Source: Deltaproteobacteria bacterium (GTDB taxonomy: Bacteria > Desulfobacterota > DSM-4660 > Desulfatiglandales > Desulfatiglandaceae). Taken from it: a DNA stretch of 64,000 bases. Location of the stretch: assembly GCA_036733345.1 (NCBI GenBank), contig DAINAR010000003.1, positions 8,052 through 72,051 of the forward strand, in the 5' to 3' direction. A model generated the notes under the pieces. The model was given only the letters and a program-made list of their open reading frames with translations. It ran no database searches and had not been told where the DNA came from. Every line of letters begins with the position of its first letter. Position 1 is the stretch's first letter. A program made the position numbers and the translations under genes. This document shows positions 27,646 through 36,799 of this stretch, in pieces.

Positions 27646-29223
27646 CTACTTGTAATGTTTTGGATTTACGTCATGTTTTTTGACCTTGTATCCAAAAATA
27701 CGTTCAGTCGTCTTAAGGGCTATAGCAGCCTGTCTTATATTACCCCTGCTGCTTTTCAGGGCGTCAATGAGCAAATCTTTTTCGAATCTATCAACGGCAT
27801 CGACAAATGACTGGGTCTGTTGAGTGCCTGTATCCTGAGCCGTTTGAAGTGTGGGAGGTAAATGGTAGCTGTGAATTACCTGATCATCACAAAGCAAGAC
27901 TGCCCTTTCCATACAGTTTTCAAGTTCCCTGACATTACCCGGCCAGTGGTACTGAGTTAATGCGTCAATTGCGGGCGTTGAAATCCTTTTAATATCTTTG
28001 TTGTACTCGCGTGAATATTTTTCCAGGAAATAGTCTGCCAGCAAAAGAAGGTCAGCCTCTCTTTCCCTTAAAGGAGGAAGGTATATTGGGTATACGTTCA
28101 GACGATAAAAAAGGTCCTCTCGAAAAAGTCCGGAATCAACCGCCTTAGCCAGGTCCTGATTTGAAGCTGCAATAAGGCGGATATTGACTTGCATGGTTGT
28201 GGTCCCGCCTAATCTCTCAAGTTCTCTTTCCTGAAGTATCCTGAGCAGCTTTCCCTGGCTTTCAAGGGCAAGCGAACCGATTTCATCTAAAAAGATAGAA
28301 CCTCCATTGGCCAGTTCAAACTTGCCTGCCTTTTGACGGCTGGCACCTGTAAATGCCCCCTTTTCATAACCGAACAGTTCCGCTTCGACCAGATTAGCCG
28401 GTAATGCTGCACAGTTAATTTTTATCAATGGCTTGTCTGAGCGCAGGCTGTTAAAGTGAATAGCATTGGCAACGAGTTCCTTGCCTGTTCCGCTTTCTCC
28501 AAGAAGGAGGACATTGGCATTGCTTTTGGCCACCTGTGTTATCAGGTAGAACACCTCCTGCATCTTTCGGCTGTTGCCAATAATATTAGTGAAGCTGTAT
28601 TTTTTATCGAGTGTTTTTTTTAGCCGCATATTTTCCTGCCTTAGTTGTTCCGTTTCTCTGTTCAACTTCTCCAGCAGGGATACCTTCTGAGCAATCAGGC
28701 CGCTGATTACTGTTAACAGTCTAACATCTTCATCCAAAGGGCTGTCACTGTCAAAGACACGGTCAACACTGAGAGTACCGATTACTCTTCGGCCTTCCTT
28801 TATGGGCACACATATAAATGAAATTTTTGATTTATCTATCTGGCTCCTGGCCCCTGTCTTATCAAGAAAAAGCGGTTCAGCATCAATATGTGGAACAACC
28901 ATTGATCTTCCCGATTCAATAACTCGTCCTGTAATGCCTTCACCTAATTTGTATCTGCCCCTTGTTTTCTCTTTTTGTGAAATACCATGAGCGAGCTCAA
29001 TATGGGTCTCGGATGCATCACGGTTTAATAGGGTAATGGATCCACGTTTCATGCCGAGAAGTTCTGATAACATGTCGAGGATTTTATAAAGGGATTTTCT
29101 CATGTCAAGGGTGGCATGAATAGCCTTTGTTATTTCGTAAAGGCATGCAATTCTATCCGGTCCGGATTTATTACTTTTTCCAGTCGTAATTTTTCTTTGA
29201 TTTTTCATATCCTTTTTACCCAT
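27646..29223 (-). CDS. Sigma-54-dependent transcriptional activator, GAF-AAA+-HTH (NifA-like architecture)
   Basis: N-terminal GAF-like region, then GESGTGKE Walker A, GAFTGA loop (EKGAFTGA), ELFGYEKG, and a C-terminal Fis-type HTH ([17 protein letters not shown]). Exact start uncertain. Confidence 0.88.
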   Translation of the reverse strand: MGKKDMKNQRKITTGKSNKSGPDRIACLYEITKAIHATLDMRKSLYKILDMLSELLGMKRGSITLLNRDASETHIELAHGISQKEKTRGRYKLGEGITGRVIESGRSMVVPHIDAEPLFLDKTGARSQIDKSKISFICVPIKEGRRVIGTLSVDRVFDSDSPLDEDVRLLTVISGLIAQKVSLLEKLNRETEQLRQENMRLKKTLDKKYSFTNIIGNSRKMQEVFYLITQVAKSNANVLLLGESGTGKELVANAIHFNSLRSDKPLIKINCAALPANLVEAELFGYEKGAFTGASRQKAGKFELANGGSIFLDEIGSLALESQGKLLRILQERELERLGGTTTMQVNIRLIAASNQDLAKAVDSGLFREDLFYRLNVYPIYLPPLREREADLLLLADYFLEKYSREYNKDIKRISTPAIDALTQYHWPGNVRELENCMERAVLLCDDQVIHSYHLPPTLQTAQDTGTQQTQSFVDAVDRFEKDLLIDALKSSRGNIRQAAIALKTTERIFGYKVKKHDVNPKHYK

Positions 29224-29483
29224 TAGGAGTTATAGTGCCTCTTATATGTCTGTATACCTATTTTGCCCATGGTTAAAGGCTGAATAGCTTAGCTTATGAA
29301 CAACGGAGATATTGTTGTTTTCAGCATAGAAGATATGCAAAATGCTAAAAGCCTTTCTGATATTTACATTTTTGTCATTAATATATATACATTACTACAA
29401 TATTGTAAATTAAATTTTTACTCCGCCAGGTATAAAAAAAGCAACCTATTGATAAAAGGCTATAATAAGGCTTTTTGATAATC

Positions 29484-29499
29484 TGGCATCATAATTGCT
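29484..29499 (+). promoter_or_regulatory. Sigma-54 promoter (TGGCAT-N5-TTGCT) of glnA
   Basis: CTGGCATCATAATTGCTT has GG-N10-GC spacing and matches the TGGCAC-N5-TTGCW consensus at all but one position. Lies 57 nt upstream of the ATG at 29556. Confidence 0.8.
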
Positions 29500-29555
29500 T
29501 TTGTAGAGATTATCGAGTTCATTTAATAAAAATATTTTCTTTTGGAGGAAGACAA

Positions 29556-30884
29556 ATGATATGTCGAACTATTGAGGATGTTAAAAAAGTCGTTAATGAT
29601 AAAAAAATCAGCTTTATACAGTTCTGGTTTACTGATGTACTGGGCTATCTGAAAAGTTTCGCTGTCACGCCATCGGAACTGGAGGAGGGTTTGACAGAAG
29701 GAATGGGTTTTGATGGTTCATCCATTGAAGGATTTGCGAGGATCCATGAAAGCGATATGATCGCAAAGCCTGATCCAACCACATTTGAGATGGTACCCTG
29801 GAGAAATAATGAGCGCCCTGTAGGAAGAATGTTCTGCGATATTCTTAATCCGGACGGCAGTCCTTATGAGGGAGACCCGCGCTATGTGTTCAAGCGGCTT
29901 CTGAAGCAGGTAGCTGAAAAAGGATACACTTTTTATTTGGGGCCGGAGCTTGAATATTTCTATTTCAAAGATTCAAAATGCACTGAGGTCCTTGATATGG
30001 CAGGCTATTTTGATTCACGCCCCATAGATATGGGCGGAAACCTGCGGAGAGAGACAATATTCGCATTGCAGGACATGGGTATTCAGGTCGAGTACAGCCA
30101 TCACGAAGTTGCCCCAAGTCAGCATGAGATTGACCTTCGCTATGATGAGGGACTCAGGATGGCTGATAAAACAATGACATATCGTGTGGTTGTAAAGGAA
30201 ATAGCAAGGCAGAACGGTGTGTATGCCACCTTTATGCCTAAGCCTATTTTCGGCCAGAACGGCAGTGGAATGCATGTCCATCAGTCATTATTCAAGGGAG
30301 ATAGAAACGCATTCTATGATCCTGGTGATAAATATCAGCTGTCAGAAATAGCCAGGTATTACATAGCCGGCTTGATGCGCCATGCTCCGGAGATTACAGC
30401 TGTGACAAATCAGTGGGTGAACTCCTACAAACGTTTGGTACCTGGCTATGAGGCCCCTGTATATGTGTCATGGGCAAGGAGAAACCGCTCTGCCATGATC
30501 AGAGTGCCTATGTATAAGCCAGGAAAAGAAAAGGCGACCAGGGTTGAATTTCGTTCTCCTGATCCTTCCTGCAATCCGTATCTTGCATTTGCTGTAATGC
30601 TGGGTGCAGGACTTGAGGGTATAGAAAAAAAATACGATTTGACAGACCCTATTGAAGAAGACATCTATGAAATGAAGCCTTCAGAGAGAAAGGCACATGG
30701 AATTAAGGATTTGCCGGGCAATCTCTATGCCGCAATCCTTGAAACAGAGAAAAGTGAACTGGTCAAAAAGGTCTTAGGAGATCATGTCTTCAATAAATTC
30801 ATTGAAAACAAAAAGATCGAGTGGGATACGTACAGGGTTCATGTAAGCCGGTTCGAACTTGATAAATATTTACCCGTTTTATAG
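29556..30884 (+). CDS. glnA: Glutamine synthetase, type I
   Basis: ISFIQFWFTDVLG, GFDGSSIEGF, KPIFGQNGSGMHVHQS and NSYKRLVPGYEAP motifs. Start moved to ATG 29556 (GGAGG SD) because the track start at 29475 lies upstream of the sigma-54 promoter. Confidence 0.93.
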   Translation: MICRTIEDVKKVVNDKKISFIQFWFTDVLGYLKSFAVTPSELEEGLTEGMGFDGSSIEGFARIHESDMIAKPDPTTFEMVPWRNNERPVGRMFCDILNPDGSPYEGDPRYVFKRLLKQVAEKGYTFYLGPELEYFYFKDSKCTEVLDMAGYFDSRPIDMGGNLRRETIFALQDMGIQVEYSHHEVAPSQHEIDLRYDEGLRMADKTMTYRVVVKEIARQNGVYATFMPKPIFGQNGSGMHVHQSLFKGDRNAFYDPGDKYQLSEIARYYIAGLMRHAPEITAVTNQWVNSYKRLVPGYEAPVYVSWARRNRSAMIRVPMYKPGKEKATRVEFRSPDPSCNPYLAFAVMLGAGLEGIEKKYDLTDPIEEDIYEMKPSERKAHGIKDLPGNLYAAILETEKSELVKKVLGDHVFNKFIENKKIEWDTYRVHVSRFELDKYLPVL

Positions 30885-30906
30885 GCACAGGTATTTTAGT
30901 ATTTGA

Positions 30907-30936
30907 ATAGCTGACCGGTATATGCCGGTCAGCTAT
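30907..30936 (+). terminator. 12-bp stem-loop after glnA (weak terminator / processing site)
   Basis: ATAGCTGACCGG-tatatg-CCGGTCAGCTAT, followed by only TT. Confidence 0.4.
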
Positions 30937-31010
30937 TTAGCAGGCTGATTAATAACATCAATTATAACTTGAACATTTAACAACTCAACAACAGGGAGAA
31001 AAAGAGAAAA

Positions 31011-32243
31011 ATGAAAGACGAGGCAACAACCATTGTAGGCCAGAACCTCTTTGGCTTCCAGGCGGCCTTGCAGGAGGCCGGCTCAAGTCTGGAGGAATAT
31101 CTTGATAAATATTATCTCAACAACTGGATGGGGGAAACACTGTATGCAGCCATGGCAATAAGGACAACCTTTGTCAATGCCATGCAGCAGTTTCTGGCGG
31201 ATGAAGGGTTGTTCAACCTTGAACGGGTACAGATGAGCCCTATGACCGACCCATTGGCCCATGATGTGGAGCATGTACCGAATATTCATTACAAAGGCCA
31301 GCTTTATGTTACGACTCACAGCATGATTTATTCAAAGTTCCTTGCATGTTTTAATCCCAGGATAAAGGGAGTTTTTGTTGATTCACCCAACATAAGGCTC
31401 GAAATCGAAAGCCCTGACAGGATTCAGAGGGGAAAGTACCTTGTGGATTTCAGCCAGATGGATGTGGAAGTAAGAAGAAACAGAGGCATAGATCTGGAAA
31501 CCTATTTGAGTAAACCGGACAGAGTAAAGGCCATTCTGAGAGAGGATATGGAAAAGGGGCTGGATCTGTTTGAGCGTTTAATCATCAATTCCATGACAAG
31601 GATTTTGGAGAAGAATAAGGACGAATTAAAGGCCCTTGGTGTAACCATTGAAGTGCCTGAACAACCTTTCCCTCGTTTTTTGTGTGACAGGGCAAAGGAG
31701 AAGTATGGCCGGGATTATGAAGTAAAGGCAGGAGAAGAGACAGACAAACAGTTTTTCTGGATTACCGGGATATTGAGGGAGAATTATGATCTTATATACC
31801 CATATCTGAAGTCGGATGGAAAGGTCTCTCCGTCTGAGATAACCTCTGATATGATATACAACTATGACCTTTGTGCAAAGAGCATTATCAGGGATACAGG
31901 GAAGCAGACCTCTACACTGGAGATTTTGTCTGGCGCTGTCAGGGAATGGCTTCATGAGGCAATAGTGGAGAGGCTGCTTGACAATGGGATAATTCCTTGC
32001 AGCCCTGTTTTCAGTGATGGAAATATCACAAACATTGATGAACTCGGAGGCTACGGTCCTTTTCTGATGATGACCGCAAAAAGAGATGCTCAGGCAAGGT
32101 CTCTGTTTCCTGAAACTTATGGTGGAGGAGTAGGTGTTGAGAGAACTCTTTATGCTATCCTCCGCGGACCGGTACTTGATAAAATCGATAATATCACCTG
32201 TTTCGGTAAAAATCCCGATAGCCATCAGCTATACCTGTTTTAA
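31011..32243 (+). CDS. Class II aminoacyl-tRNA-synthetase catalytic-core paralogue (possible AsnA-type amide synthetase); no room for an anticodon-binding domain
   Basis: Motif-1-like FNLERVQMSPMTDP, motif-2-like SPNIRLE...RGKYLVDFSQMDVEV, motif-3-like GGGVGVERTLYAIL. SD GGGAG. Product assignment is tentative. Confidence 0.55.
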   Translation: MKDEATTIVGQNLFGFQAALQEAGSSLEEYLDKYYLNNWMGETLYAAMAIRTTFVNAMQQFLADEGLFNLERVQMSPMTDPLAHDVEHVPNIHYKGQLYVTTHSMIYSKFLACFNPRIKGVFVDSPNIRLEIESPDRIQRGKYLVDFSQMDVEVRRNRGIDLETYLSKPDRVKAILREDMEKGLDLFERLIINSMTRILEKNKDELKALGVTIEVPEQPFPRFLCDRAKEKYGRDYEVKAGEETDKQFFWITGILRENYDLIYPYLKSDGKVSPSEITSDMIYNYDLCAKSIIRDTGKQTSTLEILSGAVREWLHEAIVERLLDNGIIPCSPVFSDGNITNIDELGGYGPFLMMTAKRDAQARSLFPETYGGGVGVERTLYAILRGPVLDKIDNITCFGKNPDSHQLYLF

Positions 32244-32284
32244 ACGAGAAATATAGAAAAAATAGACCAGAAAGGTTAAGACCT

Positions 32285-35200
32285 GTGAAGGGCCTATATG
32301 ACAAAAAATTTGAGCATGATGCTTGCGGGGTCGGATTTGTAGTCAATATTGAAGGCACCAAAAGCCATGCCATTGTGGAAAAGGGGATTGAAGTCCTTAA
32401 GAACCTGGAACACCGCGGTGCTATAGGCGCTGATATGAATACAGGTGACGGTGCCGGTATCCTGTTTCAGATCCCTGATGCTTTTTTCAGGCGCGAAGGC
32501 GAGATGCTGGGCTATCATTTGCCGGAGACTGGATGCTACGGAATCGGTATGATTTTTATGCACCGTTCATCGAATCTGGCTGAAAAATGCCGTGCCATCA
32601 TAGAAAAGACTATAAATGAGGAGGGCCTCGGGTTTATTGGCTGGCGAAATGTCCCTGTTGACGAAGGAGCGATTGCCGGTCAGGCAAAAGACAGGCAGCC
32701 GATCATTCTTCAATGCCTTATTGACGGAAAGGGCCTGAAATGGGCAGGTCTTGAACGCAGGCTTTTTATTGTCCGCAGAGAGATTGAAAGGCTGGTATCA
32801 AGTACAACAGGAAATGAGATCCCTTTCTATATCCCAAGCATGTCCTGCAGAACTATTGTCTATAAGGGGCTCTTCACTGCTACACAGTTGCCGCTTTTTT
32901 ACAGGGACCTGAATGACCCTGATGTTACAAGTTCACTTGCCGTTGTCCACCAAAGATACAGCACAAATACTTTTCCTTCGTGGGAACTTGCCCAGCCTTT
33001 CAGGTATCTTGCTCATAACGGGGAAATAAACACCCTGCGGGGCAATCTAAACCTGATAAGATCGCGTGAGTCATGCCTTAAATCGGATCTGTTTGGAGAT
33101 GAAATAGGAAAAGTCCTCCCTGTTATAAATGAAACAGGAAGCGATTCTTCATGTCTGGATAATGTCCTGGAATTACTTGTAAACGCAGGGCGGTCTCTCC
33201 CCCACTCGATGCTGATGCTTGTACCCGAGGCATGGGGAGATAAATACCCGATGGGGCATGATCAGCGCGGGTTCTTTGAGTACCATGCAGGGCTTATGGA
33301 GCCCTGGGACGGACCGGCGGCGATAGCCTTTTCCAATGGAGATCAGGTAGGCGCAATGCTTGACAGAAACGGCTTGAGGCCTGCCCGTTATACAATGACA
33401 AAATCAGGCTTTATGGTTTTTGCCTCTGAAGCTGGTGTGCTGGATATTCCTCCTTCCGATGTGGTCGAAAAGGGTGCTTTGCGGCCGGGTCAGTTGATTC
33501 TGGTTGATCTTGACAAGAAACGCGTGATTAAAAACTCTGAAATAAAGACAATATGTGCCAGACAACAGCCTTATCGCAGATGGGTCGAGGAAAATAGAAT
33601 TACACTGAGGGGATTTTACGGTGATGTGGCCTCTATTAAACCTGATCTTGATAGAATTTTATTCATGCAGAAGATGTTCGGATATACCAGGGAAGACCTT
33701 GAGATGATCCTTGGCCCGATGGCCTTAAACGGATATGAACCGGTCGGTTCAATGGGCGCTGATACGCCTCTGGCTGTTTTGTCTGAAAGAAATCAACTGT
33801 TATATTCCTACTTCAAGCAGCTTTTCGCACAGGTTACCAATCCTCCTATTGACCCGGTGCGTGAGGAGCTTGTCATGTCATTAATGACCTTTATCGGCAA
33901 TCCAGGTAATATACTTTCCGAGGTACCGCGGAACAGCCGCCTGATAAAACTGAGGCACCCGATACTTGCAAACGAAGACCTGGTTCGCCTAAGGGACATG
34001 AATGTGCATGAATTCCGATCCGCGACCATGGCCCTCGGTTTTCCTGCCGGAGGTTCCGGCAGATATCTGGCCTCAGCTATTGATCAGCTTTGCAGGACGA
34101 GCGAAGAAAACCTAAGAAAGGGTTGCAGGATACTTATTCTGAGCGACCGCGGTCTTGCTGGCAGCCTTACGCCTATTCCTGCCCTGCTTGCCGTATCTGC
34201 AATCAACCAGCACCTGCTTAAAAAAGGCATGAGAACAAAGGCCGGACTTATAATTGAAACCGGTGAGGCCAGAGAAGTTATGCATATGGCAATGCTTCTT
34301 GGTTTCGGTGCTACTGCGGTAAATCCTTACCTTGCATTCGAAACTATAGCAGAGATGGTTTTAAAAGATGAACTCAAACAAGGCATAGGTATTGCTGAAG
34401 CCCTTGAGAATTATATCAGAGCCCTTTGCAAGGGGCTTTTAAAAATCATGTCCAAAATGGGGATATCTACCCTACGGAGCTACAGGAGTGCGCAGGTTTT
34501 TGAGGCGGTGGGGCTTGGCAGGGATTTGGTTGACAAGTACTTCCCGGGGACATCCTCACGCATAGGAGGGATAGGCCTTAATGAAATCGCAGCGGAGGCG
34601 AATGCAAGGCATGAGAGTGCACACAATAAAATTCACGGCACACATGAAATCCTGCCGAGCGGGGGTCATTACAGATATCGGAGGGATGGAGAAAGGCATC
34701 TGTGGTCTCCGGGATCAATCACCCTGCTTCAGAAGGCGACAAGGAATAATGATTACAGCCTGTATAGTGAGTATGCCGGGCTGATCAACAACCAGGCTAA
34801 AGCCCTTTATACCCTTCGCGGCATGTTCAGGTTCAGGAATACAAAGCCTGTCCCTGTTGACGAAGTTGAACCAGCATCGGAGATAGTAAAGAGATTTGTA
34901 ACAGGCGCCATGTCATTTGGCTCCATAAGCAGGGAGGCTCATGAGACTATTGCTATCGCCATGAACCGCATAGGAGCTAAGAGCAACAGCGGCGAGGGCG
35001 GGGAGGATTCAGCCCGTTACAAACCCCTGCCGAACGGCGACAGACGGTCAAGTGCAGTTAAACAGGTTGCGAGCGGCAGATTCGGTGTTACCACAGAATA
35101 CCTGGTTAATGCCAGGGAACTTCAGATAAAGATCGCACAGGGAGCCAAGCCAGGAGAAGGAGGTCAACTGCCCGGACACAAAGTAAACGAGGAAATTGCG

Positions 35201-36799
35201 AAGGTGCGTCATTCTACACCTGGAGTGACACTTATTTCGCCTCCCCCTCACCATGATATTTACTCAATTGAAGACCTGTCTGAGCTTATCTTTGACCTGA
35301 AAAATGTGAATCCGGAAGCTCGTATTTCGGTCAAGCTTGTATCAGAAGTCGGGGTTGGTACGATTGCCGCAGGTGTATCAAAGGCGCATGCCGACATGGT
35401 TCTGATAAGCGGATATGACGGCGGTACGGGCGCATCGCCTCTTTCATCCATCAGACATGCAGGAATGCCCTGGGAACTGGGACTTGCAGACACACATCAG
35501 ACACTTGTATTAAATAATCTTCGAAGCCGGATCAGGGTCCAGGTTGACGGTCAGATGAAGACAGGCAGGGATGTAATTATTGCAGCGCTGCTGGGGGCGG
35601 AAGAATATGGTTTTGCCACCGCTGTGTTAATCGTCCTTGGTTGTGTAATGCTAAGAAAGTGCAACAGCAATGCATGTCCTGTGGGTATTGCTACTCAGGA
35701 TCCTGATCTTAGAAAATATTTCAAAGGGAAACCGGAATACGTAGTCAATTATTTCAACATGATCGCTGAGGAAGTACGTGAACTTATGGCATTGCTGGGA
35801 TTCAGGAGAATGGATGATCTCATCGGCAGGTCTGATCTGCTTGAAATGAACAGTGCCCTGGATTTCTGGAAGGCAAAGGGGCTTGATTTCTCAGGTATAT
35901 TTTACCGACCGGAGGTTAAAGGTGACATGCCCTGCAGATGTGTTGAGATGCAGAGACACGATATTGAAAAAGTTCTGGACAGAGAACTTATTTCACTCTC
36001 ATGGGAATCTCTCGAAACAAAGAAAAAGACTGCTATTCAGCTCCCTGTACACAACACCGACAGGGCTGTAGGGGCAATGATATCAGGCGAGGTTGCTAAA
36101 CGGTTTGGAAATGAGGGCCTGCCGGATGACACGATTACCTGCAAATTTGCTGGTGCTGCGGGTCAGAGTTTTGGGGCTTTTCTGGCAAAGGGTTTGACTT
36201 TCATACTTGAAGGGGAAGCAAATGATTATCTGGGTAAGGGACTGTCAGGCGGAAAGATAGTTGTTAAACCATATCCAGGTTCAGATTATAATCCATCAGA
36301 GAACATAATTGCAGGCAACATAATCCTCTACGGTGCAACTGCCGGCCAGGTGTATATACATGGAAAGGCCGGAGAGAGGTTTGGAGTCAGAAACAGCGGT
36401 GTATATGCCGTGGTGGAGGGTGTAGGGGATCATGGCTGTGAATATATGACAGGCGGAAGGGTCGTTGTTTTAGGGGAAACCGGTATAAATTTTGCCGCCG
36501 GGATGAGCGGGGGGATTGCTTACGTCTATGATCCCGAGCGGCTCTTTGACAACCGCTGCAATCTGGACATGGTGGACCTGGAACTGGTAGCGGATGAAAA
36601 TGATATCCAGGAATTAAAGGAGATGATCAGCTGGCACCTTATATATACATACAGCGCAAAGGCACAGTCAATCCTGGACAACTGGGAAGCATGCCTCCCG
36701 TTTTTTGTTAAGGTCTTTCCCATGGAGTACCGGAGAGTACTCGGAAAGATGAGCAGGGAAGACGTTGCCATTGAGCGACAGGAGATACAGCATGGATGA
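32285..36799 (+). CDS. gltB: Glutamate synthase large subunit
   Basis: Ntn Cys (HDACGVGFV), FMN domain (QGAKPGEGGQLPGHKV, DGGTGASP), C-terminal GXGXG domain. 1504 aa, GTG start. Confidence 0.95.
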   Translation: MKGLYDKKFEHDACGVGFVVNIEGTKSHAIVEKGIEVLKNLEHRGAIGADMNTGDGAGILFQIPDAFFRREGEMLGYHLPETGCYGIGMIFMHRSSNLAEKCRAIIEKTINEEGLGFIGWRNVPVDEGAIAGQAKDRQPIILQCLIDGKGLKWAGLERRLFIVRREIERLVSSTTGNEIPFYIPSMSCRTIVYKGLFTATQLPLFYRDLNDPDVTSSLAVVHQRYSTNTFPSWELAQPFRYLAHNGEINTLRGNLNLIRSRESCLKSDLFGDEIGKVLPVINETGSDSSCLDNVLELLVNAGRSLPHSMLMLVPEAWGDKYPMGHDQRGFFEYHAGLMEPWDGPAAIAFSNGDQVGAMLDRNGLRPARYTMTKSGFMVFASEAGVLDIPPSDVVEKGALRPGQLILVDLDKKRVIKNSEIKTICARQQPYRRWVEENRITLRGFYGDVASIKPDLDRILFMQKMFGYTREDLEMILGPMALNGYEPVGSMGADTPLAVLSERNQLLYSYFKQLFAQVTNPPIDPVREELVMSLMTFIGNPGNILSEVPRNSRLIKLRHPILANEDLVRLRDMNVHEFRSATMALGFPAGGSGRYLASAIDQLCRTSEENLRKGCRILILSDRGLAGSLTPIPALLAVSAINQHLLKKGMRTKAGLIIETGEAREVMHMAMLLGFGATAVNPYLAFETIAEMVLKDELKQGIGIAEALENYIRALCKGLLKIMSKMGISTLRSYRSAQVFEAVGLGRDLVDKYFPGTSSRIGGIGLNEIAAEANARHESAHNKIHGTHEILPSGGHYRYRRDGERHLWSPGSITLLQKATRNNDYSLYSEYAGLINNQAKALYTLRGMFRFRNTKPVPVDEVEPASEIVKRFVTGAMSFGSISREAHETIAIAMNRIGAKSNSGEGGEDSARYKPLPNGDRRSSAVKQVASGRFGVTTEYLVNARELQIKIAQGAKPGEGGQLPGHKVNEEIAKVRHSTPGVTLISPPPHHDIYSIEDLSELIFDLKNVNPEARISVKLVSEVGVGTIAAGVSKAHADMVLISGYDGGTGASPLSSIRHAGMPWELGLADTHQTLVLNNLRSRIRVQVDGQMKTGRDVIIAALLGAEEYGFATAVLIVLGCVMLRKCNSNACPVGIATQDPDLRKYFKGKPEYVVNYFNMIAEEVRELMALLGFRRMDDLIGRSDLLEMNSALDFWKAKGLDFSGIFYRPEVKGDMPCRCVEMQRHDIEKVLDRELISLSWESLETKKKTAIQLPVHNTDRAVGAMISGEVAKRFGNEGLPDDTITCKFAGAAGQSFGAFLAKGLTFILEGEANDYLGKGLSGGKIVVKPYPGSDYNPSENIIAGNIILYGATAGQVYIHGKAGERFGVRNSGVYAVVEGVGDHGCEYMTGGRVVVLGETGINFAAGMSGGIAYVYDPERLFDNRCNLDMVDLELVADENDIQELKEMISWHLIYTYSAKAQSILDNWEACLPFFVKVFPMEYRRVLGKMSREDVAIERQEIQHG

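Noticed and set aside
29475-29555. N-terminal extensions of track ORFs: glnA from 29475, the GltB-like gene from 23485, C45 from 50578, FecR from 57390, DUF853 from 59099, gltD from 36765 and hisF from 38850.
   Set aside because: Downstream in-frame ATGs have good Shine-Dalgarno sequences and give family-typical N-termini. For glnA, the extension would start upstream of its own sigma-54 promoter.
31626-32225. 199-aa minus-strand ORF inside the aaRS-like gene. Many similar antisense ORFs occur in the track, for example 3020-3289, 4653-4914, 11128-11406, 17953-18276, 23679-24056, 25127-25597, 25866-26294, 39957-40304, 56199-56510 and 61351-61719.
   Set aside because: Each is fully embedded antisense in a gene with strong family motifs on the other strand. 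None shows a recognisable domain or an SD, and their translations are compositionally odd (Ser/Arg/Cys/Ile-rich). They are shadow ORFs.
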